Assembly (NCBI GenBank): GCA_034670305.1
Contig: JAXMNT010000004.1
Location: 96,001 to 160,000 of the forward strand
DNA from: Deltaproteobacteria bacterium
Lineage (GTDB): Bacteria > Myxococcota_A > Polyangia > Polyangiales > Houyiibacteriaceae
DNA: 64,000 nt
Direction: 5' to 3'
The notes below the pieces were generated by a model. That model was not told where the DNA came from. It worked only from the letters and a program-made list of their open reading frames with translations, and did no database searches. Position numbers and translations under genes: made by a program. This document shows positions 1-8,463 of the stretch, piece by piece. The number at the start of each line of letters is the position of its first letter. The stretch's first letter is position 1.

Positions 1-1439
1 CACGCGGTCATCTCGGTCATCTCGGCCTCGGTCATCGTCGGTTCCACCACCATGGTCTCGCGCATGCGGGGCCGCATCGATCCCATCCGCACTGTGCCCA
101 TCGAGAGCGTGGTTTCCATAGACACCACTCCGGTTTCCATCACTGCGCTTCCCACAGACGGCACCGTACGCATGCCCGACTCCGGACGTTCCTCGTTCTC
201 CAGCAGACCCGCGTCTTCCACCACCGGCGGCGCCACCTCGGTCTCGACCGGCTCGGAGGGACCGGTGGCGATCGGCGCGATGGCAGGCGGCGCCGTCGCC
301 TGCGGATGGTTGCCCCCACTCCGCCACTGCAAGGTGGCCGCTGCCGCCGCGGCGGTCAGGAGACTGAGCATGAGTCCCACCGTGACCCACAGCCCCCAGC
401 GCGGTCGCGGAAGCATGATGTTCGCGGTCTCGCTCCGAACGCCCGCAGCAGCGGCGGGTGCCGGCAGCGGAGGCAGTGGAATCTCAGACGCGATGGTCGG
501 CGGGACCGGCGTCGGCGTGTGCGGCTGCGTGAGGTCCGGCACCTGAAGCGCGCGCTCGATCGTCGGTGGCAACGACACCGGCTCTTCGCCTACGCCCCGA
601 AGCGTGGAGGGACCGTCGCCCCGAAGCAGCGCGGCGGCGTCGCGGGCGCTCGCCACCCGCATGCGCGGGTCCTTCGTGAGCAGCGCACGAACGGCGGCCG
701 CGATCGGGGCGGGGAACGACTCGGTGCGCGGCACGGGCGACGTGAGGATCTGATGCATCAAGGCGGCGGTCGACGGAGCCTCGAAGGGCAACTTCGCGGT
801 GGCCATCTCGTAGAGCACGATCCCGAGCGACCAGAGATCCAGCGACGTGCCAGGACGCGCGCCCTGAAACACTTCGGGCGCGATGTACGGCAACGAACCG
901 AGCACCTGCTGCGATTGGGTGATGCGGCTCAGGAACGACTCGTCGATCGCCGCGGCCAACCCGAAGTCGAGCAACTTCAAGGGCACTGGCCCTCCAGTGG
1001 TCAGGCCGATGTTGGAGGGCTTCAAGTCTCGGTGCACGATGCCCACCGAGTGCACGTCGTCGAGCGCCTCGCACAGCGCGATGCCGAGCCGAACGACTTC
1101 CTCCATGGCGAGCGGCCCATGCTCGAGCCGGTCGTGGAGCGACACTCCGTCGACCAACTCCATCACGTACCAGGGCCCCACGTTCGGATCGACGCCGAAG
1201 TCCGTGACCTGCGCGACCCGTGGCGAGCGGACCTGCGCGAGCGCGCGCGCCTCCCGCTCGAACCGGGTCACCAACTCTTCCGCCCGCTCGCCGATGCGCA
1301 GGGTCTTGAGGGCAAAGGGCCGGCCCAGGACCACGTGCTCCACCCGGAGCACGGTGCCCATGCCACCCTCCCCAAGCGTGCCCGTGACCGCGTAGCGCTC
1401 CCCGATCACGCTGCCGATCAACGATTCTGCCCCCGTCAT
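1..1439 (-). CDS. Ser/Thr protein kinase with C-terminal TM segment (3' end runs off the window)
   Basis: Manual minus-strand translation from ATG 1439 (not in the ORF track): LGEGGMGTV, ALK, HRDLKPSN, DFG, GSLPYIAPE, DLWSLG, then a Pro-rich linker and hydrophobic WGLWVTVGLMLSLLTAAA. Confidence 0.92.
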   Translation of the reverse strand, partial: MTGAESLIGSVIGERYAVTGTLGEGGMGTVLRVEHVVLGRPFALKTLRIGERAEELVTRFEREARALAQVRSPRVAQVTDFGVDPNVGPWYVMELVDGVSLHDRLEHGPLAMEEVVRLGIALCEALDDVHSVGIVHRDLKPSNIGLTTGGPVPLKLLDFGLAAAIDESFLSRITQSQQVLGSLPYIAPEVFQGARPGTSLDLWSLGIVLYEMATAKLPFEAPSTAALMHQILTSPVPRTESFPAPIAAAVRALLTKDPRMRVASARDAAALLRGDGPSTLRGVGEEPVSLPPTIERALQVPDLTQPHTPTPVPPTIASEIPLPPLPAPAAAAGVRSETANIMLPRPRWGLWVTVGLMLSLLTAAAAAATLQWRSGGNHPQATAPPAIAPIATGPSEPVETEVAPPVVEDAGLLENEERPESGMRTVPSVGSAVMETGVVSMETTLSMGTVRMGSMRPRMRETMVVEPTMTEAEMTEMTA

Positions 1440-1515
1440 GGACCGGGGAAACCTAACCCCTCCAGGCCGTCGAGTCGAAGACCACGTGGGGTTCAGAGAG
1501 AAGTGAGCGGCTGGC

Positions 1516-1908
1516 TCAGCTTCCCTTGAGCAGCTTCTCGAGGAGGACCGGGCCGAGACTCTCGCGCATCAATCCTTCGACGATGGATTCGATCTTGGTG
1601 CGATCGGCCTGCGATTCGTACACGAATCCGATGCCCATCCCAGGTTCCTCGTCCACGGCATCCTCTGGGCTCAAGATCCACTGGACCTTGCCCCGCAGTT
1701 CCAAGGCCGCGTCGAGTTTGGGAACCACCAACACGAACCGGAACTCCGTCCCGATCGGCAAAGGGCGGGCGGTCCGGATGAACGTTCCCCCTTTGGAGAT
1801 GTTCTTCGTGTAGTCGGCGAAGAACGAGTTCAGCCGCTTGTATTCGACCTTGAGTTCGATCGGGAGACGGGTCTTCGTTCGACGGTCTGATTCGTCTTCG
1901 GGGGTCAT
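1516..1908 (-). CDS. PilZ-domain protein (myxobacterial TIGR02266-like)
   Basis: RxxxR (RRTKTR) and NISKGG motifs, GMGIGF; typical single-domain myxobacterial PilZ. Confidence 0.88.
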   Translation of the reverse strand: MTPEDESDRRTKTRLPIELKVEYKRLNSFFADYTKNISKGGTFIRTARPLPIGTEFRFVLVVPKLDAALELRGKVQWILSPEDAVDEEPGMGIGFVYESQADRTKIESIVEGLMRESLGPVLLEKLLKGS

Positions 1909-2177
1909 CGGGGGGTCACGGGAGAGAGTATTCCCACGTTGTTCGTCTTTGGGTCAAAAGGTTGGCGGCGTGCTGGGGTCGTAGCTGCGTGTTGTCCTGT
2001 TCCTCCACGCACGCTCCGCGTGCCGAAGGTGTTGCGAGCGTGTGCCCGCCGACCTCCGCCCCCATCCCCACGGTACCCTGTTCAGGGGCAATTGCGCCCG
2101 GGTACGGCCGTGGTCAGGGGTCCGTGGACCGCACGGAGGTTCTCTTGCGCGGGAACTTGTGGGATGAATGCGGACGC

Positions 2178-2768
2178 ATGGGCGAGACCCCGGACGAAAG
2201 CGTGCTTCTGGCCCGCGCCCAAGAAGGGGACGAGATGGCTTACGGCCGCCTCGTCAGACTCCACGAACGCCGGGTCTTCGCGACCGCGGTGCAGATGTTG
2301 GGCGACCGCGGAGAAGCCGAAGATGCGTCGCAAGAGACGTTTCTGCGGGCTTGGCGGGCCCTCGCGCGCTTTGATGGGCGTTCCAAGCTCAGCACGTGGC
2401 TCTATCGGATCTGCGTGAACGTCTGTCTCAATGCGCTGCGGCGCCGCAAACGAGTCGCGAGCGCGACCCTCGATGATCCGCGGGTGCCCGAGCCGTCGGC
2501 CGACCCCGATCAGGGCGGCAACGATCCGGCCCGGCAACTCGAGATGCGACAGCTCTACGGCCGCATGGCGAAAGCCCTCGACGCCCTGTCGCCTTCGTTG
2601 AGGAGCGCGGTCGTCCTGGTCTTGCTCCAGGGGCTGCCTCACAAAGAAGCCGCCGAAGTGCTCGGATGCCCCGAAGGCACCGTGGCGTGGCGCATCCACG
2701 AAGCGCGACGCCGCCTGCGGGACGCGCTCGCGGACGACATGCCGGGCGCAGGGAGGGAAGCGTCGTGA
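2178..2768 (+). CDS. ECF RNA polymerase sigma factor
   Basis: Region 2 (AEDASQETFLRAW, STWLYRI) and region 4 (EAAEVLGCPEGTVAWRIHEARRRL); ATG 2178 chosen within ORF 1962..2768. Confidence 0.92.
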   Translation: MGETPDESVLLARAQEGDEMAYGRLVRLHERRVFATAVQMLGDRGEAEDASQETFLRAWRALARFDGRSKLSTWLYRICVNVCLNALRRRKRVASATLDDPRVPEPSADPDQGGNDPARQLEMRQLYGRMAKALDALSPSLRSAVVLVLLQGLPHKEAAEVLGCPEGTVAWRIHEARRRLRDALADDMPGAGREAS

Positions 2769-4006
2769 CCGACCTGACCGCTTCACGAAAGACCGCACTG
2801 CTGATCGAAGCGCAGAACGCGCTCGACGAAGGGCTGGAACCCACCGAAGCGCTCGAGGGACTGCAAGAGTCGCTTGAGGGCCTGTCCCCCGAGGCGCAGC
2901 TCGACATCGCGCGCGAGATCGAACAACTCGGGCAGGTCGACGCCTGGCTCCGCGCCTGGCCCGAACCAGCGGCACCGGACGACGAGCTGCGCGCACTCTC
3001 GGACGTGGTGCTCCAGCGTCTCGAAGATCCGCTCCCGGCCTTGTCGGCCGATCCGACCGCGCCGCCCGTCTTCGATGACGCGGACGCCCAGCCGCCGCCG
3101 CTCGCCGAACTCGGCCCCGAGGCCGCGCGCTCGGGTGCCTACTCGCTCGACAAACTCGTGGCTCAGGTGCCACCGCCAAACCTGGGAGGCGGCCCGAGTG
3201 GACCGGCGCCGGTGGTACGTCTCGGCGCACCGAAAGCCGCGGAAGAAGAATCCTCCGGCGGCTCGATGGTGTGGCTCGCGATGGCGGCAGCGGTCGGACT
3301 CGGCATCGTCGGCGTCACGGTCTTCGGCGGGACGACCTCGAGCGAACCGGTCGCGATGTCCGCGCCGGAGATGCAGGACATGGAGCCGATGGAACAAGGC
3401 GCTGCGGTTCCCACTGGCCCCCGCCGCGCCGCCGCGGCGACCGCCTCTGCGGCCGAGCCCATGGCCGAAGTCGAGGCGGAGACGGAGTCCGCGGCAGACG
3501 TCGCAGAAGAAGCCCCGGCGCCGATGCCCGTCCGCGCACCCGGCGGCCACGCGGACGACTTGCCGACCGAGGAGGGCTACACCGGCCGCGGGGTCGGTGG
3601 GGCAGCCGGGGCCCGCGGCGGCGCCGAGTCGGCACGGCTCGAGGCGACCACAGGGTCTCGGGCGCGACGCATGACGTCCGTGATGGCCGCGGCGATGAGC
3701 AGCGCGCCAAGCATGTCGGCGCCGATGGCCCGCGCAGCGCCCTCCGAGCTGGACGACTTGCTCGAAGACCAGTCGCGCGCGGCGAGCCGCCGGACCCGAG
3801 CCGCGGTGCGCGCCTGCCTGCCCGCCGATTTCAGCGGTCCGCTCGCAGTGCGGGTCCGCGTGCTGGGCGCCACCGGTGCGGTCGCCTCGGTGGTGCGTGT
3901 CGTACCCACCGTCGAGTCGAGTGTGCGGACCTGCATCGAGACCGCCGCCCGCCGAGCACGGCTCCCGGAACGCGACCGCGACTTCGAGACCACCCTCCGC
4001 TACTGA
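2765..4006 (+). CDS. Membrane-anchored protein, probable anti-sigma factor with C-terminal periplasmic Cys-pair domain
   Basis: GTGA overlap with the sigma stop; single TM (MVWLAMAAAVGLGIVGVTVF); low-complexity linker; C-terminal 'VRAC...RTCIE' domain resembling TonB-C/AgmX-like domains. Confidence 0.6.
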   Translation: MTDLTASRKTALLIEAQNALDEGLEPTEALEGLQESLEGLSPEAQLDIAREIEQLGQVDAWLRAWPEPAAPDDELRALSDVVLQRLEDPLPALSADPTAPPVFDDADAQPPPLAELGPEAARSGAYSLDKLVAQVPPPNLGGGPSGPAPVVRLGAPKAAEEESSGGSMVWLAMAAAVGLGIVGVTVFGGTTSSEPVAMSAPEMQDMEPMEQGAAVPTGPRRAAAATASAAEPMAEVEAETESAADVAEEAPAPMPVRAPGGHADDLPTEEGYTGRGVGGAAGARGGAESARLEATTGSRARRMTSVMAAAMSSAPSMSAPMARAAPSELDDLLEDQSRAASRRTRAAVRACLPADFSGPLAVRVRVLGATGAVASVVRVVPTVESSVRTCIETAARRARLPERDRDFETTLRY

Positions 4007-4080
4007 CTTCCCGACATCGTCTCCGGCGCGCCCGGAACTTCACCCCCGTGGTCCGCGCAGGGTGCTGTTAGAGTCCGCCG

Positions 4081-7000
4081 ATGGGCAGGCGGGTCCTCTT
4101 TGGCTCCTACGAGCTGCTCGAACGCATCGGCGAGGGCGGCATGGCCGAAGTGTGGCGCGCACGCTCCCGCGGCGTCGCCGGGTTCGAGAAGACCGTGGTC
4201 ATCAAGCGGGTGCTCCCGTCGCTCATGGCCCGGCAAGACTTCGCGAGTCTGCTGATCCGCGAAGCCAAGATCGCGGCGCTGCTCAACCACCCGAACGTGG
4301 TCCAGATCTTCGACCTCGGCGAGGAACAAGGCGCGTACTTCATCGCGATGGAGTACGTGCACGGCTGCGACCTCGCGACCGCCATCTCGCACCAACCAGA
4401 CGTGCTCGCGGTGGAGGACGGCGCCGGGCTCAACCTCGCGCTGCGGGTCTGGATCGCGGCCGAGGCGGCCAAGGCGCTCGACTACGCGCATCGGCGACGC
4501 GCCGAGGATGGCCGACCGCTTCAGATCGTGCACCGCGACGTCTCGCCGCAGAACGTGCTGCTTGGCTACGAGGGGCAGATCAAGGTCGCCGACTTCGGCA
4601 TCGCGCTCGCCGATCAGCGGGGGCTCGGCCGGGAGGAGAGCCCCGGGGTGCTGCGCGGCAAGTACGCGTACATGTCGCCGGAACAGGCACGGGCGGAGCC
4701 GCTCGATCGGCGCAGCGACGTCTTCGCGCTCGGCATCGTCCTGCACGAGATGCTCGCGGGCAAACGTCTCTTCCGGGGCAAGTCGCGCAAAGAGACGCTT
4801 CGCAACGTCGAGCTGGCGGAGATCCCGCCGATCGATGTGCAGGCGCTCGGCGGGCCCCCGCTGCTCGCCGAGGTCGTCACGCATGCGCTCGCTCGATCCC
4901 GCGACGAACGCTATCCCTCAGCCGGTGCGATGGCCGAGGATCTGTCGCGCGTGCTCGTCGAGATGAGTGCCCACGTCGGCCCCACCGAGTTGACCGAAGC
5001 GCTGCTCAAGATCGCACCGCCGGACGACGCACGGCGGGTGAACAAGATCCGGGTCGATGTGCTGGCCCGTTCCGGCGAGGACGCCCACAGCGCGGCCCAC
5101 ATCACGCATGGCGCGACCCCCCGCGTGCCGACCGATCCCACCCGCGCGTTCCCCACGTCGCAACGGATGCGCACCACCGTGCGTCCGGGGGTGGTGCTGA
5201 CGCTGCGTGAGCCGGAACCCGCCAACCTAGAAGATCTCCGTCCCTCGAAGATCCCAGCGGACGGCATCCTCCCGGGCAGCTTGGAATCGATCGAAGTCGC
5301 CGCGACCACGTACGGCGGCATGCTGGTGCCCTCCTACGACGGAGTGGTGGAGCTGGTCTTCGGCATTCAGCAGGACCTCGAGCAAGCGTCGGACGCGGCG
5401 GTGCGGTGCGCGCTCGAGCTGCACGCCAAGGGTCACCCCACGTGCGTCCTCCAGGGCGGCGACGTGCGGGTGTTCGAGACCTCGCCGCCACTCGTCGAGC
5501 CGCTCGCCACCACCCACGAGCGCGGCAAGGCGCACCTCGACGACGGCCCGCACATCTGGCTCGACCCCGCGCTGGAACCCGACCTCGGATCGCGTTTCGT
5601 CGTCGAGCCCGGAACCGGTTGGCCCATGGTCCGCGGCTACCGTCGGCGCAGCGAACGCGAGATGGGCGGGCTGCGCCGCGACCCGTTGGTCGGTCGCCGC
5701 AGCCTGATGCGCCGCATCGCGAAAGCGCTTGTGGAGGTCGAACGAGGACACGGCCGCGCACTGATGCTCATCGGGGGCCCCGGCGTCGGCAAGAGCCGGC
5801 TGCTCGCCGAAGTCCGCGCGAGCCTCGAACCGGCCGGTGCGCTCTTCGTGGTCACCAATGGCCGAGAGGCGCAGGTCGACACCAGCTTCGACGCACTGGC
5901 GGTGTTGCTGCGCGACCTCTGCGGAGAAGACGATGCGGGCGAAGGCGAGGCGGGCGCACCCTCCCCCCTCGAACACGCGATCGAGCGGCTCAAAGTATTG
6001 GGGCTCAGCCCCCGAGAGGTCGGCCGTGCCAAAGAACTGGCAGGGCTTCCCACCGAAGTCGCAGACCGCGCCGGCCGGCCCCGCGGGCTCGAGATCGTCG
6101 TGCTCTTGCGCAAAGCGCTGCGCGCACTGTCCACCGACCGACCTGTGGTGTTGTGCCTCGAAGACGTGCACTGGATGGACGACGGGACCCGCCAGGTCCT
6201 TGACCTGCTCCTCGCCGGACTCCGCACCGCGCGCGTTCTCGTCTTGCTCACCGCGCGACCCGGAAACTCGCTTCCCCACCTGCACGTCGAAACGCTCGCC
6301 GTGCACGAGCTCGACCTCGACGCCGGTGCTCGGGTGTTCGCCCACCGGGTCGGTGCGCGCGGGCTCGAAGACGAACTCGCGCAGCGACTTCACGAGTCGG
6401 TGGACGGGAACCCGGGGTGGATCAACGTGCTCGCCGACGGGCTTCGGGAGTCAGGTCGGCTCGAGGTCTGCGGCAGCCTGGTGCACGGGTTCGGCCGCGG
6501 CGAACTTCCGGTGCCCGATCGCATGCACGCGCGCGTGCAAGCCCGCATCGGCGCTCTCGGCGCCAGGGCCCGCGGCCTCGTTCAGATCACGGCGGCGTTC
6601 CCAGAGCCGCTCGACGTCGCCACACTCGCCGCCATCGAAGGGGTGCCGCGCGATGTCGCGGAACCCATCGTCCAGCGGCTCATCAGCCGTCGGGTCCTGC
6701 GGGCTGCGACCGAAGACCGCGGCGACAAACGCGAGAGCGAGGTGCCCTGGATCCCAAGCGCCGACGCCCCACTGCCCGCGCGGGTGCGGATCTACGGCGG
6801 CGAACTCGTCCGTCGGGCGGTCCTCGAGAGCCTGTCCACCGAACACCAGCAACGCGTTCACGCGAAGATCGCCGACGTGCTCCGCCGCAGCGGTGCGGCG
6901 AACGACGACCGGGTCGAGACCCTCGCGTACCACTCGGCCCGCGCCGGAGACTTCGAGCGCGCTCCGTCCGAACTCGAGCGCGCCGCCGAGGTGGCGCTCG

Positions 7001-8082
7001 CCCGCGGAGAACACGGCACCGCGGCCCGCAGATTTCTCCACGCGTCCGAGCTGCTCCTCGGCGAGATGGACGCGGCGGACCGCCGGGCCGCCCTCTGCGC
7101 CCGGGCGGCCGAAGTGGCGCTGGAAGCCGGCGCCACCGCGCTCGCGGCGACCGCGCTCGCGGCCGCACCACCGGTCACCGACGAACACCTCGACCTCCGC
7201 CTGGGCCTTGCCCACATCGCGGTGCTCACGCGTCGCGAACAGTGGTCGGAAGCCCTCCGCCGGGTGGAAGAACTCTCCCACCGGCTCGATCGGAGCGAGG
7301 ACTCGATCCGTGGGCGCGCCCAAGGCGTCCTGGGCCAGGCTCGGCTTCAGACCGGCGACGTGGCCGGGGCCGTGCTCGCGTTCCACGAAGCGGTGCGCAC
7401 CTTCGAGAGCATCGGCGACGGCCAGAACGCGGGGCGCGCGCTCTCGGGTCTCGCGATCGCGCTCGCACGGGCGGGCGAGTCCGAGCGCGCGGGCGAAACG
7501 GGCATGGCGGCACTCGTCAGCGCGGTGCGCCACGGAGGCGCCGAACTTCGATGCAATGCGTTGATGGCCGCCGCGGAGATCGCGGAAGCCAGTGGCGACG
7601 ACGCCCTCGCGGCCTCTCGCTGGTGCGACGCCGCCCACGTCGCACACGACGCGGAACTCGAGGTACTTTTCGCTCGGACGGCGGCTCGCGCCGCCATCGC
7701 CTGTGTACACGCGGGTCTCGACAGCGAAGCCGCGGTCTGGGCGGACGACAGCGCGCGGGTGGCCCGCGCCCACGACCTCGACGCGGTCGAGAGTGTTGCC
7801 GAAGCGGTGCAGGCGACGCTCGCGCTTCAAGCGCACCCCGAGCCGCACTTCGTCAAAGCGCTCGTGCGCTCGGTGGAACACCTCGAACAGCTCGGCCGGT
7901 TCGGCTCGGCCGCGATGGTTCTTCAGATGCTGGCCCGCGGACACCTGGCCCTCGACGACGTCGGCGCGGCCATCCGCACCCTGGGCCGCGCCGGCCCGCT
8001 CGCCGAAGCCGCCGGTCGGCCCCTCCTGCATGCGCGACTTCGAGCCGAAGCCGAAGCCCTCGCCCGCGGCGAACACACCTAG
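4081..8082 (+). CDS. Ser/Thr kinase fused to AAA/STAND-type ATPase and TPR-like helical C-terminus
   Basis: IGEGGMAEV, HRDVSPQN, DFG, GKYAYMSPEQ; Walker A GGPGVGKS; Walker B LCLEDVHWMD; 'DGNP' motif; helical repeats. Confidence 0.92.
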   Translation: MGRRVLFGSYELLERIGEGGMAEVWRARSRGVAGFEKTVVIKRVLPSLMARQDFASLLIREAKIAALLNHPNVVQIFDLGEEQGAYFIAMEYVHGCDLATAISHQPDVLAVEDGAGLNLALRVWIAAEAAKALDYAHRRRAEDGRPLQIVHRDVSPQNVLLGYEGQIKVADFGIALADQRGLGREESPGVLRGKYAYMSPEQARAEPLDRRSDVFALGIVLHEMLAGKRLFRGKSRKETLRNVELAEIPPIDVQALGGPPLLAEVVTHALARSRDERYPSAGAMAEDLSRVLVEMSAHVGPTELTEALLKIAPPDDARRVNKIRVDVLARSGEDAHSAAHITHGATPRVPTDPTRAFPTSQRMRTTVRPGVVLTLREPEPANLEDLRPSKIPADGILPGSLESIEVAATTYGGMLVPSYDGVVELVFGIQQDLEQASDAAVRCALELHAKGHPTCVLQGGDVRVFETSPPLVEPLATTHERGKAHLDDGPHIWLDPALEPDLGSRFVVEPGTGWPMVRGYRRRSEREMGGLRRDPLVGRRSLMRRIAKALVEVERGHGRALMLIGGPGVGKSRLLAEVRASLEPAGALFVVTNGREAQVDTSFDALAVLLRDLCGEDDAGEGEAGAPSPLEHAIERLKVLGLSPREVGRAKELAGLPTEVADRAGRPRGLEIVVLLRKALRALSTDRPVVLCLEDVHWMDDGTRQVLDLLLAGLRTARVLVLLTARPGNSLPHLHVETLAVHELDLDAGARVFAHRVGARGLEDELAQRLHESVDGNPGWINVLADGLRESGRLEVCGSLVHGFGRGELPVPDRMHARVQARIGALGARARGLVQITAAFPEPLDVATLAAIEGVPRDVAEPIVQRLISRRVLRAATEDRGDKRESEVPWIPSADAPLPARVRIYGGELVRRAVLESLSTEHQQRVHAKIADVLRRSGAANDDRVETLAYHSARAGDFERAPSELERAAEVALARGEHGTAARRFLHASELLLGEMDAADRRAALCARAAEVALEAGATALAATALAAAPPVTDEHLDLRLGLAHIAVLTRREQWSEALRRVEELSHRLDRSEDSIRGRAQGVLGQARLQTGDVAGAVLAFHEAVRTFESIGDGQNAGRALSGLAIALARAGESERAGETGMAALVSAVRHGGAELRCNALMAAAEIAEASGDDALAASRWCDAAHVAHDAELEVLFARTAARAAIACVHAGLDSEAAVWADDSARVARAHDLDAVESVAEAVQATLALQAHPEPHFVKALVRSVEHLEQLGRFGSAAMVLQMLARGHLALDDVGAAIRTLGRAGPLAEAAGRPLLHARLRAEAEALARGEHT

Positions 8083-8357
8083 GGCCGCGAGTCTCGCGAA
8101 GCGAGCCAGGCCCGTAGTGTTAAGGAGGAAGTTCACCGCGTGAGTGCACCTGCGCAGCCCGCAGGGCGAGCAACTGGTGCACTCCAATCGATCCCGAGAG
8201 CGCCTCGAGGAGCGCCTGGACGCGCGCAGCCGCCCATCGTCCCAAATGCTTCTTCAGGGCACCCAGTGATGGGCGGCGAGCACGTGCAGGTGCGACGGGC
8301 GCGAATTAGGGCCGCCAGTCTCGCGAAGCGAGCCAGGCCCGTGGTGTTAAGGAAGAA
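8080..8357 (+). repeat. Two 51-bp direct repeats with GAA-loop hairpins flanking a structured spacer (REP-like)
   Basis: 8080-8130 and 8307-8357 match at 48/51 nt (TAGGGCCGCsAGTCTCGCGAAGCGAGCCAGGCCCGTrGTGTTAAGGArGAA). Confidence 0.85.
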
Positions 8358-8363
8358 CGTCGG

Positions 8364-8391
8364 TTGACTCGCGCCTGGTGCCCGCTAGTCT
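8364..8391 (+). promoter_or_regulatory. Putative sigma70 promoter of the S1-domain gene
   Basis: TTGACT-N16-TAGTCT about 70 nt upstream of the ATG. Confidence 0.4.
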
Positions 8392-8463
8392 CCCCGGCCC
8401 TGGCAGCGCGCCGAGTTCGCGATCCCGGCTGAACTGACCAGACCTGCCCCCGTGAGGCACGCG

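Noticed and set aside
8080-8357. Possible mini-CRISPR or canonical integron attC array
   Set aside because: Only two 51-bp repeats with a 176-bp spacer, no cas or intI gene in the window, and the attC core boxes are non-canonical; kept only as a REP-like finding
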